Assembly: GCA_002269645.1 (NCBI GenBank)
Contig: NIVC01002667.1
Location: 27,795 to 91,794, forward strand
Source: Macrostomum lignano
Lineage: Eukaryota
Direction of reading: 5' to 3'
Length of the DNA stretch: 64,000 bases
Under the pieces are notes generated by a model, which saw only the letters and a program-made list of their open reading frames with translations, made no database searches and was not told the origin of the DNA. Positions 55,639 through 64,000 of the stretch are shown here, in pieces (the first letter of the stretch is position 1; each line of letters begins with the position of its first letter). The position numbers were made by a program, and so were the translations under genes.

Positions 55639-58600
55639 TCTCCATTTTCTCTACCAGAAATTGAGTCGCTGCGCCGTTTGACCAGCTCAGTAACTACTGC
55701 ACAATAACAGCACAAAGAATAAGCAGAAAAGTCACCTGGAAGTGGTCCAGATCCTGCAGGAATTTCTGCAGCTCGGAAGACTCCTCCAGGCGTTCCCGAC
55801 GCTCCTCGCGCATTTCGCTGAGCTCCTTCCACAGATCTTTGAGTTTGTCCCGTTCGGCGCGCAGCTTCTCAGCTTCATCCGGGCGGACATTCTCCAATTT
55901 TTCGCACTGCTCGTCCAGGTGCTGCAGGCGGGCCTCGATTGCGGCCATGTCGGTGTTGAGATGCTGCAGCCGGCGCTGCAGCTGCATGATGCCGCCCAGA
56001 TCGTTGCCGAGCTCGTCAGTGGACTCAACCAGCTGGCATTTCTCCTTGATCCAGTTGGCAGTCTCGCGGCACTCGATATTATAGGTGTTGTAATCGTAGG
56101 CGTTGTTGATGCGGTCGCGGCGATCGTCCACCAGGTCTGCCAGCTCGTTCCACTGGGCCTTCAAGTCGTCTTGGCGTTCGCGAATCTCTTCGCTGTTCGG
56201 GTGGTTCACGCTTTGCAGCTGGTTTAGGATGGTGGTGGGCAGGGGTGAATTAATTATCTTTGATGGCTTCTACCAGTGGAATGCTTCACAAGTTTACATT
56301 GATGTCTATGGTATAAATGTATGTTTACTGTTTATATGACAGAATGTCTACTTTAGTTTATGGAATAAATGTATGTTTAGGGTCTATATGGCAGAATGTC
56401 TACTTCAAAGTCTATGGTAGAATGTTTAATTTAGTATATAGATGGCAGTAAGTCTATGGTAGAATGTCTATTTTGATTAGTGTCTGTTAGAACGCTCACT
56501 TTAATGGTCGAGAACGTCAACTGCAAAATTATACAATGCCCAAAGCAGCCTGAGCACACAGAGGACTACTCACATGATTGCCAGTGTCGTCAATCTCGGC
56601 AACCCGTTCAGCGTTAGCTTTGAGCTCCTGCTCGAATCCATCGAATCGATGCTTGACAACCTCCAGCTCTTCGATCTCCTCCGAAGGCAGCATGGATGCC
56701 AGCAGGCGTTTCTTCTCGCGTATCCAGGCCTCCAGCTGGTCGGCGCCGTTGAACAGCCGGTGCATCGCCAGGGCGTCGTCAAGGCGCTGCTTCCTCGTGG
56801 CGGCCTGCTTGAGCAGCTTCTCGTACTTGTCGTCGATGCTCTCCAGCCGCTGCTTGGTAGTTGGCGAGTCCCGATCAGCCTCGTTAAGCCCGTCGGCCAA
56901 AGAGTGCAGACTGTCGATCTCGGCCTTGTAATTGCGAATCTCCTCCTGCAGGTCCTCGTGCTTGCGCTGCAGCGACTGCACGGACTGCTCATTGTTGCCT
57001 GTGTCGTCGTTTTCGCACAGGCGCTGCATTTCGGCCAGCCAAGCGTCGGTTTCGTCGCAGTCGGCAAGGAACCGATGGTAGTCCAGGGCCTGCGCGGTTG
57101 CCATGGAGATTGGAGCGCTTGTATTGTAGATTTTTGAACTTGATCTTATTTAAAAATTCGAATACTGGAGATAACAGATACCCGGACATGCCAACAAACT
57201 CAAATACCCGGAAGTGCCCACGAACTCAGATACGCGAAAGTTCCAACAAAATCTGATCCCCGGAAGTGCCCACAAAAGGTAACCCGGAAGTGCCCACAAA
57301 CCCAGGTAACCCGGAAGTGCCTACAAACCCAGGTAACCGGAAGTGCCCACAAACCCAGGAAGCCCGGAAGTGCCCACAAACCCAGGTAACCCGGAAGTGC
57401 CCACAAACCCAGGTAACCCGGAAGTGCCTACAAACCCAGGTAACCGGAAGTGCCCACAAACCCAGGAAGCCCGGAAGTGCCCACAAACTCAGATAACCCG
57501 GAAGTGCCCACAAACCCAGGTAATACGGAAGTGTCCACAAACTCAGATACCCGGAAGTGCCCACAAACCCAGGAAGCCCGGAAGTGCCCACAAACTCAGA
57601 TAACCCGGAAGTGCCCACAAACCCAGGTAATACGGAAGTGTCCACAAACTCAGATACCCGGAAGTGCCTACAACCAAACCCCGGCATCTCACTAACCTGA
57701 AGCAGACGAGCCTTCCTGGCCGCGGCCCGGTCCACCAGCTGGTCCCACTGGCCGTTCATGTACTCGATGCGGCTCAGAATATCGTCGCTGCCCATGTTGT
57801 TCTCGGCGGCCAGCTGTTCGCCCTTTACAATCTGCTCCTGCAGCAGGTTCCGCCTGGCCGATATCTCATCCTCCGTAGCCCGGTGCTTGCCGAGCAGCAG
57901 CTGGGCGGACGGGATGTCGTGGCCGAGGTCTGGGCTGGACATGAGCTGGTCCATCTCCTTGACCCACTGCTCAGCCTCCTCCATCTCCCACATGAACATC
58001 CAGAGGGCGCGGCTCTCGTCCAGCCTGTCCTGCCGTTCGATAGCCCGCAGTCGCAGCTGTTCGTAGGCCTCGCGCAGAATTAGTGAGCGCTCTTCGACTT
58101 CGCCCGGCTCAGTTGGCCTATAGTCGCCAATCTCGTCTGGGAATTCGCCGTCGATGAAGGCCTGAGCGGCGGTGCAGATGGCCTGGACGCGGTCGCCAAG
58201 CACCTGGATGTCGCTCTCCAACAGGGCGTGCTTCTCAATCAGGTCGTCAACGCCCATCAGATGGCGGCCGTACTCCTCAGACTGCAGGCGCTGGGTGAGC
58301 TCCTCGATCCAGTCAAGCACGTACAGGATTTCCTGGTAGATCTTGTGCACCTGTAGGTTGGGGTCGGGTTTCATTGCCAATTGTTGCTGTGTGAAGGGAC
58401 TAAAGAAGATAAACTTCTCTTGTCTGACCTTCCACCAGTGCAATCTTCTCGTCTCTGATCCCCCACCTGTGCAATCTTCCCCTGTCTCTGATCTCCCACC
58501 TGTGTAATCTTCCCGTCTCTGATCTCCCACCTGTGTAATCTTCTTGTCTCTGATCTCCCACCTGTGTAATCTTCCCGTCTCTGATCTCCCACCTGTGTAA

Positions 58601-61021
58601 TCTTCCCGTCTCTGATCTCCCACCTGTGTAATCTTCCCGTCTCTGATCTCCCACCTGTGTAATCTTCTTGTCTCTGATCTCCCACCTGTGTAATCTTCCC
58701 CTGTCTCTGATCTCCCACCTGTGTAATCTTCCCGTCTCTGATCTCCCACCTGTGTAATCTTCTTGTCTCTGATCTCCCACCTGTGTAATATTCTTGTCTC
58801 TGATCTCCCACCTGTGTAATCTTCTTGTCTCTGATCTCCCACCTGTGTAATCTTCTTGTCTCTGATCTCCCACCTGTGTAATATTCTTGTCTCTGATCTC
58901 CCACCTGTGTAATCTTCTTGTCTCTGATCTCCCACCTGTGTAATCTTCTTGTCTCTGATCTCCCACCTGTGTAATCTTCTTGTCTCTGATCTCCCACCTG
59001 TGTAATCTTCTTGTCTCTGATCTCCCACCTTTGTTATCTTTATCCGTCCAACCTCCAACCTCTTTTAATCTCTAATCCTGATCTAGTCTCCTTTTGCCAT
59101 CCTCTAATCTTACCTGCAGCGTGAGATCCAGGCGCATACGCCTGGCCCTGAGCAGGTCCAGCAGCTGTTCCCACAGGCGCAGCACGTTATCTTTGCGAGC
59201 CAGAATCCGATCAGTGTCCCTATAGTTCTCCGACTCGAGCTCGGCTGCCACCCTAACCACGGCGTTAACTCGCTCCTCGTAAGCGAAGATGTCAGTCTCG
59301 ATGGCCTCGTGCTTTTTAGTGGCCGCCTCAACCGCTGGCAGGTCGTGGCCGAAGTTGTCCTGCGACACCAGGCGCTGGTTCTCCGCTAGCCAAGTCTCCC
59401 GCATGCCGGCCTTGCGATCGAATCTGGCCGCCAACTGCTCGAGTTTCTCCTGCCTGATCAGCTCGTCGCGCAGCGCAATCTCCCTGGCGTGCTCGGCCTT
59501 CTCCAATCTCTCCCAAGCTTTGTTGATCTCCGATACCATTTTCTCCTCTTTGGGAAAGTAAGGCCGTTGATTGTTGGCCCGCATCTTCTGCTGTATGGTG
59601 AACAGCTGGATTTCCAAATTGCCTTTCTCAGTGAATTTTGGCGGCTTCTCAACTGTGCGATAATTGCTGAATGACTGCAGCTGGGCCTGCACCCCGGACA
59701 CCGAGTTGGCCAGGGTGCGGTCGTTCAGCAGCTCGATGGTCTGCTCAATCCAGTCTAGCAGGTCCGAGGTCAGCTTCTCGTATTGGGCGATCAGGTCGTC
59801 GGAGTGCTCAGCCTCCGCCAGCACCTTTTTTAGTCGCTTGGCCTGCACGGTCTCCTCCTTCACCTTGGAGAAGTAGTGGTAGTAGGTCACTACGTACGTC
59901 ATCACCGACTTCTCGTCCGGGTGCTCAACGTTGACATCTGATTGACAGCAAGGTTAGGGAGGGGATGGCGGAATAGAGTTACATCTGCTGCACATTCACG
60001 TGACAATAGATGCTGCACATTCACTTGACATTAAATGATTCACATTCACTTGACATTAGATGCTGCACATTCACTTGACAATAGATGCTGCACATTCACG
60101 TGACATTAGATGCTGCACATTCACGTGACATTAGATGCTGCATATTCACGTGACATTAGATGCTGCACATTCACTTTACATTAGATGCTGCACATTCACG
60201 TGACATTAGATGCTGCACATTCACTTGACAATAGATGCTGCACATTCACTTGACAATAGATGCTGCACATTCACTTTACATTAGATGCTGCACATTCACG
60301 TGACATTAGATGCTGCACATTCACTTGACAATAGATGCTGCACATTCACTTGACAATAGATGCTGCACATTCACTTGACATTAAATGATTCACATTCACT
60401 TGACATTAGATGCTGCACATTCACGTGACATTAGATGCTGCACATTCACGTGACATTAGATGCTGCACATTCACGTGACATTAGATGCTGCACATTCACG
60501 TGACATTAGATGATGCATATTCACGTGACATTAGATGCTGCACATTCACGTGACATTAGATGCTGCACATTCACGTGACATTAGATGCTGCACATTCACG
60601 TGACATTAGATGCTGCACATTCACGTGACATTAGATGCTGCACATTCACGTGACATTAGATGCTGCACATTCACGTGACATTAGATGCTGCACATTCACG
60701 TGACATTAGATGCTGAACATTCACGTGACATTAGATGATAAAATTCGCGAGAGATTAGATTTAGCACATTCGGCAAACATCAGATGCATGAAACACATTC
60801 CAAATTAGATCGAGCACATTCGGCAAACATCAGATGCATGAAACACATTCCAAATTAGATCGAGCACATTCGGCAAACATCAGATGCCCCTCCGCGGTGA
60901 CTTACCCTCCGGATCAAGCAGCTGGGCCAGGCCCAGGCGATCCTCGGCCACCTGGAAGGCATTCTGCAGGTTTTCAACAGGCTGCGCCTTGCTCAAGGTG
61001 TTGTAGTCGATCAGGTCGGGC
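46706..61021 (-). CDS. beta-Spec: Beta-spectrin (conventional, 17 repeats + PH), 5'-partial; exons 61021-60906, 59937-59114, 58350-57697, 57089-56574, 56218-55736, 54433-54059, 53445-52453, 52134-51811, 51106-50753, 49443-48652, 47719-47196, 47111-46706
   Basis: CH2 end PDLIDY...NAF...[30 protein letters not shown]; [35 protein letters not shown]; 17 countable spectrin repeats; PH domain [10 protein letters not shown]...RSWQQIYVVL...YKD; C-terminus [11 protein letters not shown]. All 11 introns are GT-AG with matching phase. CH1 exons are not in the window. Confidence 0.98.
47770..48640. repeat. Minisatellite, 33-36-bp units containing GCTGACCAATCAGA
   Basis: About 24 copies in three sub-types within a spectrin intron. 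Confidence 0.96.
49471..50667. repeat. Compound microsatellite (CAGT)n-(CAATCAGT)n-(CAGT)n
   Basis: Direct reading; spectrin intron. Confidence 0.99.
51220..51760. repeat. Minisatellite of two alternating 14-bp monomers GAGATCCATAGAGT / GAGATCCAAGAGAT
   Basis: About 38 monomers; spectrin intron. Confidence 0.95.
52227..52435. repeat. 21-bp minisatellite GAATCTACTCAATCTC(T/C)ATTC
   Basis: About 10 copies; spectrin intron. Confidence 0.96.
53500..53915. repeat. 41-bp minisatellite TGTCATAGACTCCAGATCAAATA(T/C)AGATTTATGATCATAGC
   Basis: About 10 copies; spectrin intron. Confidence 0.96.
54695..55152. mobile_element. Non-autonomous TIR element (CMC/EnSpm-like) carrying a 13-bp minisatellite CCCGTTGACACT(G/A) at about 54835-55105
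   Basis: Perfect 13-bp TIR CCCGGGTAAAAAT / ATTTTTACCCGGG; TGA on both flanks (54692-54694, 55153-55155); subterminal GACAC(T/C)AGTGTC palindromes at 54721 and 55102. Confidence 0.75.
55492..55638. repeat. (ACTG)n-(GCTA)n-(ACTA)n microsatellite
   Basis: Direct reading; spectrin intron. Confidence 0.97.
57200..57672. repeat. 26-27-bp minisatellite CCGGAAGTGCCCACAAACCCAGGTAAC
   Basis: About 17 copies; spectrin intron. Confidence 0.95.
58440..59030. repeat. 30-31-bp minisatellite TCTCTGATCTCCCACCTGTGTAATCTTCTTG
   Basis: About 19 copies; spectrin intron. Confidence 0.96.
59985..60740. repeat. 25-bp minisatellite GACATTAGATGCTGCACATTCACGT
   Basis: About 30 copies; spectrin intron. Confidence 0.97.
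60755..60887. repeat. 50-bp tandem duplication (about 2.5 copies) sharing TTAGAT and CACATT motifs with the adjacent 25-bp array
   Basis: CACATTCGGCAAACATCAGATGC at 60765, 60815 and 60865. Confidence 0.9.
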
Positions 61022-62553
61022 CTAGAGTTTTGAAAAAAAATAGTAAATCAGACAAGCCTACTTGCAATAGGTTAGAAGTACATTATTGCAATTTATATAT
61101 CAATATTAGAAATATTTCGACTGTGCTATCACAGCAGACCGCATCAATTGTCATAATTAGCCTCGCCCCCACCGGCCCCCTTCTAGTGAAGATGGCTGCA
61201 ACTTTGGTAGAATTTAATTAAATAACTGATTGCCTAGGATAGTATGGGACCGGACAAATATTGTTACAAATATCCTTACGCACACACGCACAGAGCACAT
61301 CCATCGCATTGGCTTTTAATTTGCTCATTTTTAACTGCGAACATGGACCACAAAGATAGAGAGAGACAGAGGAGGCCATATGTCAGTTTGATTCCTCTGT
61401 AGCCGTGCCAGATTTTTCATTTCCTATTCGCTTTGACGTTGCTTTTTTATTACAAAACGGAAGCCCTGTAGACCCAAGTGCTGACAGTATAATAGTACAC
61501 AAGGATAAATTATTGCTACTCGGGGAAATATTCGCAGATGGGCCTAGCTCAGTTAGATACTCGTAGAGAAGGAAGTCTGCCAGATAAATAACGGGATTAC
61601 GGCCGGAATATGGTTAGCTAAGGGCTGACTGGACAGGGCTATTCACCAACATCCGTACCATATTTCCTCCCCCTCTTTCTTCGTCCAGACGCGTGACCAG
61701 CTCCCCCTATATTCATTCTAAGCCGGCCTGGACCTCGCCTAGTAGAGGAAAATGGGGAATGCAATCCCCAGAAAAATATGGCAGAACTAAGGCTAGCAAT
61801 AGTAGTGTGTTCAGCGGCATGGGGCCAGGCTGACTGTGCCTTAGCTCTACGCATTAGGCTGCCACGTTAATCCGGGCAGGGGAGGGCAGCAACCTCCTAG
61901 CTAGTAGGGGAAGGGAAGAAAACAGCATGGGAGGGGGCGGAGTGTGCGGCGGGACTGTGCAATGGGCAGGGAGGGGTGGGAGCTGTAGCTGAATCATGCA
62001 TGCCATATTCTCCCCAGCCGGCGCTCCCCTTTCCCCCTACCCGCTGCCGCATTAGTCTCGCTCGCCATACGGCAGCTAGCTAGGCAACTCCCTCACCCCA
62101 TCCCCAATGGCCCTGGCTGCTCCTCTCGCCCGCATCTCTCCAAGCGTGTTTTTCTTCTCTATCTCTCTCTATCTAGCTTCTATTCCCCAGTGTGGGAGAA
62201 AACGGTCGAGGGACGACACGCAAGTACAGGCAGCATTGGCAGGCTTGTGGACTAGACAGACAGACAGTTCAGTTGAGTGCTACTGTGTACAGTGGTGGCG
62301 GCTATGTTATCGAAAAACGCGAGCAACCTAAAACTGCAATGCGTGTATCGCTGGCCACAGACGGGGAGAGAGCAATTAGGGAGAGGCAAAACTAGTGAGA
62401 TCATCAGTTAGTATTTCTCTTGTACAAAAGTGGAAAAACTGGCTGGCAACAGTTTGTAGCGCGCAAGGGTCTGTAGAACCTAGTTTATCCAAGGCGAGAG
62501 GACTGTAGTATTCTAGTGCCATTCTAGCGCCGACGTCAAGATATTCGATGGTA

Positions 62554-63380
62554 ACTAGCGCCGCAACCATGATTTTACATGGGAACTAGCGCCGCAACCA
62601 TGATTTTACATGGGAAATAGCACTGCAACCATGATTTTACATGGGAACTAGCACCGCAACTAAGATTTTACATGGGAACTAGCGCCGCAACCATGATTTT
62701 ACATGGGAACTAGCACCGCAACCATGATTTTACATGGGAACTAGCACTGCAACCATGATTTTACATGGAAACTAGCGCCGCAACCATGATTTTACATGGG
62801 AACTAGCGCCGCAAACCATGATTTTACATGGAAACTAGCGCCGCAACCATGATTTTACATGGGAACTAGCGCTGCAACCATGATTTTACATGGGAACTAG
62901 CACCGCAACCATGATTTTACATGGGAACTAGCGCTGCAACCATGATTTTACATGGGAACTAGCGCCGCAACCATGATTTTACATGGGAACTAGCGCTGCA
63001 ACCATGATTTTACATGGGAACTAGCGCCGCAACCATGATTTTACATGGGAACTAGCACCGCAACTATGATTTTACATGGGAACTAGCACCGCAACCATGA
63101 TTTTACATGGGAACTAGCGCCGCAACCATGATTTTACATGGGAACTAGCGCCGCAAACCATGATTTTACATGGGAACTAGCGCCGCAACCATGATTTTAC
63201 ATGGGAACTAGCGCCGCAAACCATGATTTTACATGGGAACTAGCACCGCAACCATGATTTTACATGGGAACAGCCCGCAACCATGATTTTACATGGGAAC
63301 CAGCCCGCAACTATGATTTTACATGGGAACTAGCGCCGCAAACCATGATTTACATGGGAACCAGCCCGCAACTATGATTT
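62554..63380. repeat. 31-bp minisatellite ACTAGCGCCGCAACCATGATTTTACATGGGA
   Basis: About 26 copies, within the upstream spectrin intron. Confidence 0.97.
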
Positions 63381-64000
63381 TCGATGACAACATGAGGTCA
63401 ATTCTCGCCCCCCCCCCATTTTCCTTATGACCTCCTCCGGATGACACCCTCATTGCAGGAAAGCAGTAATCTCAAATGTCTGAGTGGGTGGGGGGCTGCT
63501 CCATTGAGCGTATTTTTTAATCAGCCTGTAAGGGCCAGTTTGCGTCCTATTTCCACTGCAGCAGCGTGTTTGGTGGCAAAAATCAGCAGAAGGGAGGAAG
63601 AGGGGACAGAGAGAGGGGAGAGACAGTGGGTTCCGCCAGCCACCCGCACACACAGACTGTATTTGGCATTCCACGCCTTAGCAGCAGCAATCGGGCAAAG
63701 TTCAGCAAATGTGCGCACAAGAGAAAAAGAGATTTGTACACTTCTTTTCTCTGAAGCGTCCTATAGTGCGAACTAGAAGCGGTAGGGCTAATCTTCGCAA
63801 TAAAAAAGCAGGTCGCGCCGCACACTTGGACCGGCTTTTTTTCACCCTACGAACAGGCAGACGGAGAGAGAAGAGGCACAGAGAAGAACCGGTCAGGCCC
63901 AACTGAAAGCAATGGCAGCGCTCTGATTTCTTGCACACTGAGGCGTATATTATACTTAAACACTAAGCTTGGATAGGCCGGGAGGCGCGCAATTTCTTGT

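Noticed and set aside
61030-64000. Missing upstream spectrin CH-domain exons
   Set aside because: No WRDGLAFNALIH-type coding sequence found here; read as a long intron continuing beyond the window, not a truncation.

Overview
Eukaryotic (metazoan) genomic DNA with GC-rich exons and introns or spacers filled by about 35 different tandem arrays. This architecture resembles the flatworm Macrostomum, but that assignment is inference only. Seven spliced genes were reconstructed by hand with phase-consistent GT-AG junctions: (1) the 3' end of a GON4L/FLASH-type Myb-domain gene (+, 1-495); (2) a KDEL receptor (+, 8095-9087); (3) the LIM-homeobox gene Lhx2/9 (-, 15735-22805); (4) a very divergent Cys-loop ion channel subunit with a shrunken ligand-binding domain (-, 25737-32750); (5) a single-domain LAMP protein (-, 35552-38649); (6) a Methuselah-like family-B GPCR (+, 40747-43454); (7) beta-spectrin from CH2 to the PH domain (-, 46706-61021, 5' end outside the window). 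Mobile DNA comprises two copies of a tRNA-derived SINE, a related tRNA-like head, a 576-bp TIR element with an 8-bp TSD and a 458-bp TIR element with a 3-bp TSD that carries a minisatellite. Most long ORFs in the supplied track are translations of tandem repeats. The best leads are the minimal Cys-loop subunit, the one-private-minisatellite-per-intron architecture, three spectrin-intron arrays built on full NF-Y, ETS and E-box consensus sites, and a minisatellite that appears to have grown from transposon subterminal motifs. All coordinates and copy numbers were read by eye, and array edges are approximate.
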